DNA of 62,755 nucleotides, filler included, from Choristocarpus tenellus KU-1152 (Eukaryota; Protista; Phaeophyceae): the NCBI GenBank assembly GCA_964200185.2. It is 11 parts of 11 records of this genome, joined end to end, with 100 filler letters (N's around TTAATTAATTAA, not from the genome) between each part and the next. Parts side by side here need not be neighbours in the genome. Positions count along the whole stretch, not along the records: positions 25,772 to 28,367 come from CAXNAD020026430.1; positions 28,468 to 39,493 come from CAXNAD020002559.1; 9 more parts are not named here. One strand, 5' to 3'. The position numbers and the translations under genes were made by a program. The notes beneath the pieces are model-generated. The model saw nothing but the letters and a program-made list of their open reading frames with translations, had not been told where the DNA came from and ran no database searches. Each line of letters begins with the position of its first letter. The stretch's first letter is position 1. Below, in pieces: positions 26,229 to 39,593 of the stretch.

Positions 26229-27218
26229 ATTACCCATACTCTGAGGACCACACTTACCCCTATATGCGTATACCACATCACCCTGACTGACTTTTAGTTG
26301 GATCAAGGAGGCGATACAACACGTTCTACACAACAGAGGATCGTTTCAGATTCACATGGCGGAAGAATCCATAGAGAATGAACCAGCTGAACACCTGCTA
26401 CCAGCGTTCCATGACCAAGATCCTCCGTCTTTTGATGGAGTTATTCTAGAAGATGGAAGGAAACTTCTACTTTACAAATCATGTGGAATCTTTGTGGACA
26501 TGGATGTTCGGGTGGTTGATCAGCGTGTTGTCCAACAATTCATGTCGACGGATAATCATCTTCTCAGGCAACAACCCTCCTTAAAATAACACCCCCTGTT
26601 ACCCAGACTGTAAATGTCCCGTCAACATCTTCGTCAACACCACCGATGACGCCACCAACGTTGTTGTCTGGGAACTTGTGCATCAGCCTTATTATTGCAG
26701 ATATGAGAGGAAGTCGTCAAGGAAAAAGGTCCTCCAAACATGGACCTTGTTGTGTGTAAAAAAAACTAGTACAAATAGAGACCATAAAGAAAATGTTGAT
26801 GTTACTAGTACCATATAAATATAATTTATATTTAGGTCGTTTCACCAAGTCTGGGAGTTACTCGTGTTGGAAAAGTTGGTACCATGAACTCCATGTTCGG
26901 ACTTGGTTGTACATGGGAGGGTAACTCGCCCGCCTTCGACCTTGTTTGTGCCTAGGCGCCCGATGGTCCCGGTAATGTCGAAGTGGTGACGACCATGGTC
27001 TCTGCTATGTTAGAACATTTTATCTATGGACCATCCAGGTAGTATTTTTTGGCACTTGGTCTGGCATCGTACCTGTTGTTCCCCATGCATCATTCCCTCT
27101 ACCTCTATCTTGTATTCCTTACTGGTATTAATAATACTAACGGTAAATATATCATACGACAAAATCTAAGATTATTTTTCTATTTTAGTATGAACATATA
27201 TTTCATATATACACATAT

Positions 27219-28210
27219 ATATGTATATAGTTTTCATTGGTTTCCCCCTGATACATCTTCAAAATGTCAGAGGGCATAATAATAATATATATTGAAATTA
27301 TTTGTCATTTTATCTTTACAATTTATACTAATATGTTGTCAAATATGTAAACTGTAATTTTTCATCACCACACCTCAAACTTTTTCTGTATCCTCCGTGT
27401 AAAATATAACCCACAAACCAGTCAGATATGTACACTCCACCTATGAATATATTTCCACATACATGACGAAGTAGAGGGGAGAGGGGTCATCATTGGGTTG
27501 GAGAAAGACACGTGATACTGCTCAATCTGGTTAGAAAGATTGTAGTATTTTCTAGTTGAAGAACCAAATTATATTACGTTAGAGTGTTTTCGGGTTCACA
27601 TTTCGAAGTACTTCCAAATAGTGCACAAAGAAAAACAAACTATAAGAATAACACTGTATTTCAATACTGTAATATTTGTTAGTTGTCACAATAAAACATA
27701 CTTTGACGTACTATGTTAACTGACATTTTCCAAATATATGTTGAAATATATGGCACACATTTTAACATTTTGCACTACACACATAACAGGTGACGAAGAA
27801 GTTTAGTCTTACAAACTCAGACTCACACACCACCCCTCCTAGATATGAAAAGCAGAGTTGTCTATTAGCATACCACTTACGTAATTATTATGCGAGCCAA
27901 AGTATCTTAGAGAGTAGAGTCGAGTCCATTGGGGTCCAAAATCCAATGTTGCGATTTTGATGTAATCTTGGCTATTGTGTTTGTTAGGTAGTGTCAATAT
28001 CCTTGTTCCGGACACAACTTTTCATAAGGTACACGTTTTACCTACTCCGAAACATTTTGGAGTAGGATAATGTCCTAATAAGAGACCACGGGAAGGCAAG
28101 CCCCGAATGGACAAACAGAGTAAACCTCGTACCCTCTAAGATACTTTCACTCATGCCCTCTGACATTTTGCAGATGTGTCAGGGGGGAAACCAATGAAAA
28201 CTATACATAT
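27219..28210. repeat. Older AT-rich foldback-like element (family D). Inverted arms ~27219-27285 and ~27883-28210, right arm split by a MITE-A
   Basis: TAGTTTTCATTGGTTTCCCCCTGATACATCTTCAAAATGTCAGAGGGCATAATAAT versus ATTATTATGC|CCTCTGACATTTTGCAGATGTGTCAGGGGGGAAACCAATGAAAACTA; further fragments near 13705-13750 and 14130-14175. Confidence 0.7.
27894..28152. mobile_element. MITE family A, full length 259 bp, TSD ATGC
   Basis: GAGCCAAAGTATCTTAGAGAGTA ... TACCCTCTAAGATACTTTCACTC, with ATGC on both flanks. Confidence 0.93.
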
Positions 28211-28367
28211 GTCGTTATTAGCTCTAAAGAAATAAAATGTCCTAAAAGTAATAACACTATAAAACATTGTAAGTGAGAAGACCACTAATCTATCAGTTAC
28301 TTCACCACTATCAAATATTGTACTACTGTCTTCCTGTGCTTCCCATCTACCTACTCCTGTGCCCTGG

Positions 28368-28467
28368 NNNNNNNNNNNNNNNNNNNNNNNNNNNNNNNNN
28401 NNNNNNNNNNNTTAATTAATTAANNNNNNNNNNNNNNNNNNNNNNNNNNNNNNNNNNNNNNNNNNNN
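28368..28467. other. Artificial contig linker
   Basis: N44-TTAATTAATTAA-N44. Confidence 0.98.
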
Positions 28468-30342
28468 TCCCCCCCCCAAGAGACAATGCTGACAGCTCTG
28501 ACTCAAGCTCTTCCATCGTCTTTGCCCCGGGGGGTGGTGGGGGTGGGGCTTGCAACCCTGACAACGGGGTCAATGTGGGAGAGGCCCGGGGCGACAAGTG
28601 GGGTGACTGTCCAAATGAGTCGCCAGGCTCAATGTCGTCCAGTGAGAGCTGACGCATGGTAGCAAAAGCAGCCTTATGGGGGGTCAAAACACAGAGCAGG
28701 GTGGGGCATCTTATGTTCAAAGTAGGGCAGAGAAAGGCAGCGAGAGTTTAGTGAAAGGCTATGTGAAAGGCTATGTGAAAGGCTATGAAATCAAGAGTGC
28801 AAGACAAAACATCTCGGAGTGCAAAAAGCGTAGGTATAATGATGCTGAGGATAGGTAAGGTGTTCAACCGGGGCCATGCGTTGTCCATGTAGAGCAGAAA
28901 AGTTCCTTTCAAGTTTGAAAAATTCATAGCACCATGGAGGGGATAGTCCACTTCCAAGCAACCTAAAAAGGTGCAACAATTGCGTAACCATTTGGTGCAA
29001 AACACCTCATACAGACAGGAGAGCGGTAAGAATGTGTGGTATTGGTTCTCATTCTGGTGTGTGCTAGCCCTAACAAGTTCACCTGCTGAGCATCATCCAT
29101 GCTCCCTAGCATATCCAAGCCTCCACCATCCTTGTCTTTGATCTCATTGTAGCTGGTTGTGACAAACGAAAGGGAAGAGAAATCTTGCAGAGGTGAATAA
29201 GAATAGTGTGCTCAGAAAGATTGATATGAAACCCAACAGATAAAAGGCAAGAAGCCCCCCCCCAATCCTCTGGATCAGAACTGTGGTGTAAAAACACAAA
29301 AAGATTCCAGCCATTCCTCAATCTGTAAAGTGCTTCCTTATGCTTTAGACTCACAGACTTTTCCCTCACTTACTCTTGCAAGAAGCTGCTGTTCAAGTCC
29401 TCAAATTGCTTTCGCATGAGAGTCCATTCATCTGTCCCGTGAGAGATTCCCCCGTCATTTTTTCCCGTATCAGGTTTCAGTCCCGAAGTCCCTAACCCAA
29501 TAGACTCTCCAAGCTCGGTCCCCAGGCCCCGCCGTTGTGGGGTTTCCACTAAGCCTCCTCGCAGAGCACGATCTAATCCTGTTGGTTTGAAAAAATCTGG
29601 GAGGTTATCTGCGCCGCCAAAAAAGCTGCCACCGAGTCCTCCATCTACACCTCCAGCCCCCATGTCTTCAAGTGCTGTGTCCTTGAGGTCCTGCATGAGA
29701 CTTGAAACATGGTAAGTGCAGGGTCAACACCTTCGTCCAGGAGTTGTCGCGGGGTCTGCTTGCCACAACCCAAAGGTCAAACTGGTTGTGCTATGGAAGG
29801 TAGAAATGGGTGTAATCGACCCTAATGTTCCGTTCGACGAGAATAGGTACCTGTCATCCCTCAAGTTCATGCCAACCACTTTCCGACTTTTGAATACCTT
29901 TGAACTGAGATGGTCACGATGGACTACAACAGTCTCACCTGGAGAAGGCCTGATCACCCGAGATACCATTGCTGAAAAAGTCAGGCAAACCATCTGTATC
30001 AGTTCCACCCAGTTCACCAAACGTATCCTCATCCAATGCCCCTATACAAGGGTTTGAGAAAGGGTGTCATCAGAAGTTGATTTTGGACGTGACCCAAGGT
30101 ATTGTGAACCCTTCCTACGAATCCAAAGCTGACCGCAGACTACCTAGAGGTGAAATGTGCTGGCATAGAGATGGTTAGCCTAATAAAGTGTTCTTCGATG
30201 GAGCAAGACCATTTCCAATCTCAAAATGGTGTTGAAGTGACCAGATGTGCAACCCTACCCTGATACATTACCCTCAAAATTAATGTATGGTGCGGGCAGG
30301 GCAAAAAGAAGGCGGCATTTTTTACTCACCGTCGTCACTCAT
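28468..30342 (-). CDS. 5' part of a PAT1-like (mRNA decapping activator) gene; family call tentative. Exons 30342-30330, 30041-29939, 29700-29374, 29152-29083, 28672-28468
   Basis: Five exons splice in phase to MSDDGALDEDTFGELGG...LPDFF...PPPPPPGAKTMEELESEL; ALDEDTFG resembles the Pat1 N-terminal LNDETFG motif. Confidence 0.65.
28751..28786 (+). repeat. 12-bp tandem repeat (GTGAAAGGCTAT) x3, intronic
   Basis: Read directly. Confidence 0.9.
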
Positions 30343-30599
30343 GATCTGGTTGGCACTGGTGGTCTCACCCACCCCACCCAACTGTCAACCCTGCATTGGT
30401 TATAGGTGACACCAATACCTATCTGTCCCATCGCCAAAATCCACCGACGAGGCTTTTCTATTATATTATTGTTTCCGTTTTTTTTGTGTTGGTCAATCTC
30501 CCCACCCCTAGCCACACACTCACTTCAAACAGTGCGTGAACTAACTACCCTGAAACATCACATGGAACTGGTAGAACTACATACCTATGGGATCCATTG

Positions 30600-32200
30600 A
30601 TTCTACTTCTACTTCTATTCCCCTCGCAACCTTTGATGAATAATTTGAGAAGATGTACAACTTCAGCTGTCGCCGTGGTGGTGTGGATTGTTTTGAGATG
30701 TCGATGATGTCAGAGGATACACGAGAAGCAACCTCCACAGTTTGCCCCCAACAATGCCATCTAGCTCCATCATGCATTTTGCCATCGAGATAAGATGTTT
30801 CAACAAATGATGTCCGGGAGGGTCTGCATACTGATCAAGGCCGTACTAATGAAGGTGAATCAATGGCATTTTGAATGAATGGATCAGATAGAGGCGACCG
30901 TCCTTCAGATGCAGGGGTTGATGACGATCAAAAAGCAAGTTTCACGACGGTCATATGAGGCAAAATGCTACTGATTCTTTGCTCTAAAACTGAAACTCCT
31001 CTGTTCAGGACGCTTCTATCTTGTCCACAAAAACCCCTTGATGTCCATCCCTCCTTCGTCCTGACCCTCTCCACACCGCTAACGCTTTTGTGGTTACAGA
31101 AAGGCGACACTTATCATTCGTACTTGACCAGAGGCTTATCAAGACATGAAGACGTGAGTTGTACCGTTCCCTTCCTCGTCTGGTAATGTGTGTCTTCGCC
31201 AATGTGGTTGTTTGCTAATGATGAGGAAACCTATCTGTCAATCCACCGAGAGTTCGATGAAGACAATTTCACTATATATGACTCTGAAGGCAAACCTCCA
31301 AGCTGTGGTGACTGTGCATGATAGCTTTCCTTTTCCAAGGCATCGCATATTCTGACGATTTTGATCCAACTCCTATCCCACAACGCAGGTAAGTTGCACG
31401 TTTTTTATGGCGAAGGCTATTGGAAGAAGGGCGGATAAATTCACAGGGTAAGATCTCGGCACATCCTACATCTTGTTCCTAAGCTTTTTAATTGGGGTCA
31501 GACCATTGAAAATATTCCTGTCTGCTGTATCTAACCACATCCTGCAGGAATTGGTGTCTGTAGATTCTGTTGATACACTATAGACATTCCTCAAGAATTC
31601 AAGGTAGAGTCAGTGATGAATACACAGACCGAGTGTTGTGTTATCTAAGTGCTCTGTTCATGTATCCAGTATCTGATGTCATAGCAGATAGTTTTGATGT
31701 TCAGTTTTGTAGATACACTAGTCATACCAAAGACAAGTGAAGTAGTCATTGTGGATATTACAAACCATATGTAGGGTATGGCATGGGTCATCTGCACCTG
31801 CTTTGAGAAATAGAGGCAAAAACTTGTTTAATACATAATACATATTCATATGAAGTCATTTTGTTTGTTGCCAGATAGTCTTAGTACCTGCAAATAAAAG
31901 GACGATTGTTCAACTGCTTGTCTTGATAGTGAGCGTGAGAATGCTTGAGCATATTGCCATTGACTACCTTGTGAGCTGTTTACTGAGGTGATTCGTAAGC
32001 AAGTTGAAATGTGGGAAATACTGTGCTCTCAGTTCAAAGGAACTGCATTGGTCTGTTAAGGAGAGCTGCAATATTTTGGTTCAAAAATGATCATCTGCAT
32101 GGAATAACTGTGTAGAAGGAACACTTCGATTCAAATTTTAATCATACGATTATGTCCAATTATACTACACTAAATTTTGTATGTAGTCATGGGTGGACGG
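30600..32200 (+). pseudogene. Very decayed DNA-transposase relic, possibly Sola-type
   Basis: Ordered traces: FSCRRGGVDC, TVPFL...WLFAN, GVCRFC, MFSFVDTLVIP...GYYKP, VEMWEILCSQFKG; many stops and frameshifts. Confidence 0.3.
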
Positions 32201-34093
32201 ACTGATACCTGTCCGTACATTGAGTGAACCTTTAGTGAAAAACTTCAGAGGATTTGTTGCACAGGTTACAAGTTTTGTTGGGAGTTACCCGTTTGAATAG
32301 GGACAAATTGAATTGTCAATTCCCTTCCTGTGTTCACACTAGCAAAACCTTCAGGGAGACAGAGGGCAGTTCTTCAGAAGATGCTTGTGTGTATGACAAG
32401 CAGAAATACATGCATTAGTTCGTGATAGGGTTGTGATATGGGTGAGTACAGCATAGACCTTGGATGTTTCCTTTTCTTTCTTTAACATTAATTGTAGAGA
32501 ATATGTATTACTGATTGTTTTCATTGAACACTTACACTTACCATGTTTATCAAGTTTAGCAAAACAGCAACCTGTAAAAATGTTCAACTCGGATTCTCAC
32601 TTTAAAGCTCATGTCCAAATAATTTGTGAAAAAGGCATGCACTGGAGGAGAGTTGGAGATTACATTTTCATATTGATATATTTCTGTGAGGCAACAGTGC
32701 AGGAAGGGCGAATAATTTTAAGTTAAGGCAATGTTCACATGGCCTCAACAGAGAAAAAACACAACATAAAGGGAAGAGGTTCCTATCATTTGCCATCAGA
32801 TGAAGATTGTAGTTTATTTATTATGGTTTTGTTCATATGCTTACCTAAACATAAATCAAAAATGGAATGTGAATTAGTACTTCCACTTCTACTTCTACGA
32901 ATAGTGGGAGAGAATGCCGTGTTCTCAAGTTTTGTGGTTAAATGTTTCTTCCTTCTACTCTTCTGTTCTCATATTCTCTCAGACATACATGCATATACCC
33001 TCATCAGGGTATGTGTCGCTCACGACCTTCTATTTGCGTGCAACTCCAACCTTGATTCCCTATCACCTTATTCGATTGCACTCAAGAACTCGTCTGTTGT
33101 GATTTTGAGCTTACTGCGATCTTCCACACCATACCCTTCCCAACATGTCTTTTCACGCTTCTTAAATTTGTCGTGGTGACATGAAAGTGCGTCTCAGGTC
33201 CAAGAGCGAGAAAGAAAACAAAATATGAGAAACCCGCAAATGTAGTTAGGTCGTCCAAATGGAAGGATCATAGCTGCGTGCCGTAACCTCTGCTAAAGGG
33301 GATATTGTTAGCGTAAGTCATGATGGCAATGCCTTCAAACTAGACGTCTAGGAGGTGCTCAAACCCATCTCGCTACAGGTTGATGACCACTCTTGTGTCA
33401 GCTCTTCAGAGGGTCTTAGGAGCTCAGCCATTCTGTGTTCATGCAATGGTTGGGACAACAAGCATGGTGGACACAAACGAGGTGGACGTGATCACTGGTC
33501 TGGGAAGAAACTCCATATTGGACTCAGCAATGTTCGGTGCATTAATGGACAGCACAGACTGTTCCTCTTCTTGGCGATCCTGGACAAGTTCGAGAATGCA
33601 GAAGAAAACTTGAAAGCTGGCTCCAGCTAAATTGTATCGAACATTGACGATAAGAAAGCTCTTTGTACCTCCTTAATATGATTGACAGTCACGACACCAT
33701 CTCTACCCTGGAGAACCTACCGCACATCCAAAAAGGAGAATGCCGTGACTCTCTCCATCGATCAAGGGGTCATCATCAGCAAATCAAGTGTTGAAAATAA
33801 TGGTGGCACCTCCCCAAAACTTGGTTCTGTGGACAACCAGAGTTTTCAAATACAGGAAAAAATGATCTGACCACCTTCACCATTACTGGCATCCTGGTCA
33901 AACGTTTTTAGTCTTACTGTAGAAAATTCCCGCATCAGTAGCATAAATTATACCCCACAAAAACCACTCGATCGTGTGTTATCCCACTCCCTCGTGCTCC
34001 TCTTCTCAAGTGGTGGTTTGTGGCCGTTCTCTTAATGGCAACAAGATCCCAGGAGATGGAACCGGTCAGGGGGGAACTCCCTAACTGCTACGC

Positions 34094-34330
34094 TTAGCAC
34101 TGCAGTGACAGTATCGAAGAGGATGGGATCAACAGAGCTCCCTGCCGAAGGCCAACCTCAAATTGGTCTGTGCACTCACCATCATCCATGCAAACACATG
34201 CCCTCATATCATCCTGGAATTGATGGGGGACAAAATAATCTTCGTAGGTATGCCAAATTTGGCCAGCACAACCCACAGGAGATCACGATCAACAGAATCA
34301 CATGCTTGCTGTAGATTGAAAAAACACATG
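34094..34330 (-). mobile_element. Non-LTR retrotransposon (LINE) reverse transcriptase fragment
   Basis: HQFQDDMRACVCMDDGECTDQFEVGLRQG matches the LINE RT F-x-V-x-x-GLRQG region. Confidence 0.8.
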
Positions 34331-35378
34331 AATAGGAGTACATGCTTTAACACGGCCAAGCTCTTGGAAGGAACGAACAGTGTACATCATGCCCACTCAC
34401 TGTGGAGGGTGGGGGCTGAAAATCACGCCGTTCCTCATTAATATTTGCTCCCGTTCCAGGAAATCTACCAGCTGCGACGCAGCGGACTTTGCCAGCATGT
34501 GACCTACCTACCTTTGGTTGAAAAAAGATTGTTCAAAGGAGGCAATACATACTGCTTGAGAAATACAACCACCACATAAATGTATGATAGATAAAAAAAA
34601 TAGGGAATACGCAATAGTACAACAAAAGAGCCTACAGGTGAACACACTGCTATATGGAGGTAGTAATCAAGATTATAAAATATTTTCTGTAATATTTTTA
34701 GTTAGACAGCAAACAGATATTATTGGAATCGAGAGGGCAAATCCGATCTATTGCAGTTGGTTTATGGTCTTAACTCCTCGTGGAACCCAATAGACGTTCC
34801 TTTTTAGGTCTAACCTGGGTAAAGTACTTCAGTCCCACAATGGGGACTGGAGTTGTTCAAACTGCTATAGAACCTGCTACAGGTTGATTCATCCCATGAA
34901 ATACAGAGCAATGAAAGCTAATGTCCTAATCTATTGATCAAGCTATAATAGCACAATTGATTCGAAATAGAGCATGCAACGTGGTGCATTATCTATATAA
35001 AGGATTAGTTCTGTTTTGGGGGCGTATTTTTGTTTTCATTTTCACACGATTGTTTTACCTGTTCAAGATGTGAAACCTATGTCATTGGAATGCTCATGTA
35101 CACAGGACTCGTAGGATATGTTTTTGGTGACGCAAACCGTTTTGGTTGGCAGTGCAGAATACCTTAAGAAAAAGATGGTTGGACTACTCTGAATATACTT
35201 GGAGTACTCCAAGTGTTGCTGGGTTGTCTTTTGACATTATTATTAAATTAGAGGGTCAAATTCGTCGGCTTCGACGTTGTCATTTTTGCCATCCACAATG
35301 AGTTCCAAGTCATAATCCTCCCGAAAAACCTCCTCATCTACTCGTCCCTCTACAGCACCGTTTGGTCTGGCTAAGCGG

Positions 35379-36450
35379 TTAGATATCTTTCAGCTCATCC
35401 TGAACATTTGTCAGGTTGAATATGTCTCCCTCCAATGTCTTATCCTCTGTCTTGATGTGTTTTGTCATCTCTTTTTGGGGATGGGCAACCAGCTTGCCAC
35501 AGTCTACTGGTTTCCATCCGCCCTCAATCCAATCCCAGTGCAACTCACCGTGCCACCCCAGCCTTATCTTATCTCTCACTTGGGCAATCGTTCTCCCTTT
35601 TGCATACCAAAAGCTGACTTATTGGTTCCTATGCTGCCAAAATAATTCTATGGGCTGGAACTTGGGTACATAAGACGGTGTCTAAATCATATCCCAACCT
35701 TTCTTCTTATAAACGCCTCTGTCTGCTCAAGGAGCTTGTCTGGGTAGTGAGTCTGAAAAAAAGTCCTCGTTGCATTTTTCCCAATATATGACCAATTTTC
35801 CCATCAAGTGGGATGCAAAGATGAGTTCCACCTTGTTGAGCTGTGACTTAAGGAGCTTGCAACTCTTATCGGAGGATGCTCGAACAATCCCCCTCCCAGT
35901 CCAAAAGGTGCTGAAGATCTCCACTTTCTCCTTCCAAGTTTTCACGTGAAAACATTGTAGGATCCCATTCCTGCTGCCAATTGGACATGCTTTGCCGCCT
36001 CAGTTTGGCCCATGTAGATTTAGATAACGAACTGGTACTACAGGATCGGCAGTACATGTAACTGCTTCTCTTACAGCACCCTCCGGTGACCAGCTTGAGC
36101 TTTCTCTATTCGCTTTTTGGCATCAGGTTCCTGAACCTCTTGGGCATTCCATCTAGCAGCATTCAAGTCCTGATGCTGCAGCCATGTGGGTCCTTGCCTC
36201 ATCTTTGTTTGGCCTCCTCTCCCCCTCCTTGTTTTGCAGCGTCCCATCATCTGCAAGCACCTCTGCGACCAGCCCTCTTGATCTGCTGTTTCTCATGTTC
36301 CCCGTTCATAGACGCCTTACTTGGGGCGTGGATGATTCGAGGTTCGTTTTGAATCTCGAAAATCGTCCTGAACAATTTTCTGTGTCTAGTCCTCTTCTCG
36401 TTAATAATAAAATATTGATCTTCCTCACTTTCCTTGTGCAATCTCAAAAA
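35379..36450 (-). pseudogene. IS630/Tc1-mariner (DDE_3-type) transposase pseudogene
   Basis: GWDMI*TPSYVPKFQPIELFW is the P-x-Y-x-P-x-x-x-PIE-x-x-W motif around the catalytic Glu; in-frame stops. Confidence 0.7.
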
Positions 36451-37913
36451 AATTGAATTCGATTATGCTATTCCATACGGCAAGCACAACGGATATATGC
36501 CTGTACTATCCTGTCTGTGCTATAGCAAAAAAACCTCAGACCAAGTTCATCGCAGAAACTTCAGTTCGTTGCCCAAGACAAGATTCAAGGGAGGAGAAGG
36601 AGGGAGGACTGGGTGTGAGTGCTGAACCTAACACACAAGCAGCAACGCAGGAGTGGAGGCTCGCAATTCAGCAGTTAATAGGTAGAATGAGAAGTAGTGT
36701 CTTGTTTCGTGCCTCTGACCATGAGATCATAAAAATAAACACAAAAAGAAAGAAAATGTCAAAGGAAGAAATGTCAAAGAAAGAAAAGCAAGAAAAGTTG
36801 AGAGAATACCATGAGAAAGCAGTATTTAGCGGACATTGGTGGTGGTGGTGTGTATCTTGCTTGGGTTACCTTCCTTTTTAGCTTCTGGTTTAGCATGGGG
36901 GTGTATCAGCTACAATGTATTGTGTCTCTGTCTCCTTGGAATACGAAACTGCCATGAACTTCATTGTGCCAGCAGCAACAAACTCGTACCACATTTGTTG
37001 GTAACGTTACCCTTGTGCTCAATCCCTCAACCATAACCCCAAATTTGCTACTACCAAGTACTACTGTGACACACTACATACAACACCCCCTGCAGTGTCT
37101 CCCTCTGCTTTGCCTTCTTATCATAACCTCACATACATATTCTACATCATTATTTATTGTATATATGACTAATATTTGTTGCGCTTAGTCAGGGATGATC
37201 CGGACCCGTGGTCAGAGGCCCTGCACAATTCTACTACTTCCCATGCTACCGATTGGCTATCCGTTGCACTAATAATACGAACAACTGAACTGGCTCCGTT
37301 CCTGCCTTGCTTCTGTGCTGGACTTGGCCCTCCCACCGTAAAATAATATATACCAAAATGACATAGAGTAGTCGACATTTTTATTATTGTAAACTCTTAC
37401 CAATATTTTAATTATATATTGTGTTACTGACACTGCTATCCTTTGTTGTATGTGTCTACGTGTCTGTCATACACCTGCCAGAGATACAGAAATTGAGCTG
37501 GGTGTTCGTCAAGGAGAGGAGTTTGCGAAAGTGGATCACCGATTGAGCATATTAAACCATTCGAAATGTCGAGATGAAAAGGGTCACTCATGAACGACTT
37601 TCCTTGTTCAACTAGAGAGGGCACGGGGGCTTGAGACAGGCATATGGTGGAAGGTTAAAGGAAAAGGAGAACCAGTCGTCCACCTACTTGACCAGATTGA
37701 ATAAGAATACAATGTCGGATAATAATGCTGAGATGTTATCATAACCTCAAAGTGAGTTTTTTTTAAAGACTCAAAAAATATCAAATAATGAAATCCTGAT
37801 ACCATCTTGTGCATTAATAACCTGCCCAGCAAACTATTCGAACTGATACTAAAGGAAGCACATACAATTAACCAATCATGGATGAATGTGCAAGAAATAT
37901 GAGAGAGTATTCA

Positions 37914-37949
37914 TAGTGGTAGTGGTAGTAGTAGTAGTAGTAGTAGTAG
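37914..37949 (+). repeat. (TAG)n microsatellite
   Basis: TAGTGGTAGTGGTAGTAGTAGTAG... Confidence 0.85.
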
Positions 37950-38221
37950 ATGAATCGATGAAGGAGAAGAGCTCAAACAAGCACAAAAACAAACAGGATC
38001 ACCACGCACACTACAATGACAACAAGTACTAAGTGTAACAGAACAACTAAGGTCATAAGAAGATGCAGAAGAGAGACAGGAACAAAAACTAAGTTCCTGG
38101 AGGAGAGTGGTGAGTAAGACTCAGTACTATTTGTTAATAATTAGTTTAGGCTCAATAAATACACGACGAACCACAGTATATCGAGCAACCTGTCCCAGGC
38201 CCTCCTTCAGGAAACAAAAAA

Positions 38222-38495
38222 GACCCACAATATCCTAGAGGGGGGATCAGGTGTCCATTCGGGGCCTGTGCGAACCTGTAGTGGTTTTCTTGTCATCCGA
38301 GAGAACTTGTCAGATGTACGGGCAATTCCCTTCATCTGATCGTACCATCCTTTTCTATCCCTCTCCCTGAACCATATCCGAAGGAATATTACACGCAAAA
38401 TAGGCATTATTAAGCTGGGGGATCTTGTAACACCTCAGCAAGCCTAGAATGGACAGCCTGCGCTACACACACACACACTCTAAGATACTATGGTC
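38222..38495. mobile_element. MITE family C, 274 bp, probable TSD AAAA
   Basis: GACCCACAATATCCTAGAG ... CTCTAAGATACTATGGTC; interior aligns with 44633-44893. Confidence 0.8.
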
Positions 38496-39403
38496 AAAAG
38501 TCCATCTTTTCAACGTCTGAATAGTTTTGAAGTTTTAAGAGTCAAGATGTGAGAGTACGTTTTCCAGTCAAATTCCTAGTGGCTCATTCTCAATTCTGGT
38601 CTACAAAATCTGCAGGAGGAGAGTGAAATTAGTAGGGGCATGGATGGGATCGTGGGCAGTGAGATCCTTGTGAAAATGGGACAGAATGGATCTTTCAATG
38701 CATTTCCCCAATCCACCAACCACAACGACCTTTCCTGTGGCGCTAAACAAGGAATACGAATAGAGATTGTCATAGGAGGCACTTCGCATACATCATAAAA
38801 CTTACTCCTCCTGGTGTTCCATCTATCACACAACTGCTAAGCACCAAGTACTATGTAGAGCTCAGTCTGTGCGAGAATATTGCTTAGGACAAAAATTATT
38901 CATTTCACATGAAACTCAGCCTCTTGTTTGATTTTTGAATGGTGTGTCCAATCCATGTGCCACATGACCTTGTCATGCTGCCAATCTCAAGATGGAACCC
39001 CTCCTCCTGCGATTGCTGCTGTTAGTGTCGATTGTCGATACGCAATATTATAAGTGCATTGATGAGATGGCCAGTGTTGTATCAATTGACAAAGCGCAGA
39101 AATGTGCAAGCAGTTTTCATTAAGAGCCTAAGCCAACACACATACTGAGCACTCTGGGGGTGCATGTTCGAGATTTGAAGCTCCCACGCACATTTCTTAC
39201 AGTCTGGTTCTCATCTCACCTCTCTTAATCTGTACAATGTGAAAGTGGTTGAGATAGTAACAGGGTTCTGAATTTTAAAGTAGAGGGTACAAATACTGTT
39301 CTACTTGCTAATGCTCACCACTCAGGCTGCTCAAAACTAGCTGTATCAAGATGATTGCTTTTGAAAGTGAAGTAATAAAATATTCCAATTCACACTCTTC
39401 TAA

Positions 39404-39493
39404 GGGTCAAAGTATCTGAGGGGGGGGGGGGGGGGGGGGGGGGGGGCCGTTTTTTGGGTTGTGGTGGGGGGGTGGGGGGGGGGGGGGGGGGGG
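39404..39493. mobile_element. MITE family B-like left TIR running into poly-G at contig end
   Basis: GGGTCAAAGTATCTGAGGGGG... Confidence 0.7.
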
Positions 39494-39593
39494 NNNNNNN
39501 NNNNNNNNNNNNNNNNNNNNNNNNNNNNNNNNNNNNNTTAATTAATTAANNNNNNNNNNNNNNNNNNNNNNNNNNNNNNNNNNNNNNNNNNNN
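39494..39593. other. Artificial contig linker
   Basis: N44-TTAATTAATTAA-N44. Confidence 0.98.

Noticed and set aside
32351-33179. Hydrophobic short ORFs as membrane proteins
   Set aside because: T-rich non-coding composition, with no splice-consistent structure or recognisable motif
33355-33870. Plus-strand ORFs as a host exon or hAT transposase fragment
   Set aside because: Only a faint CNGWDN resemblance to hAT DGW; no linked exons or second motif I can defend
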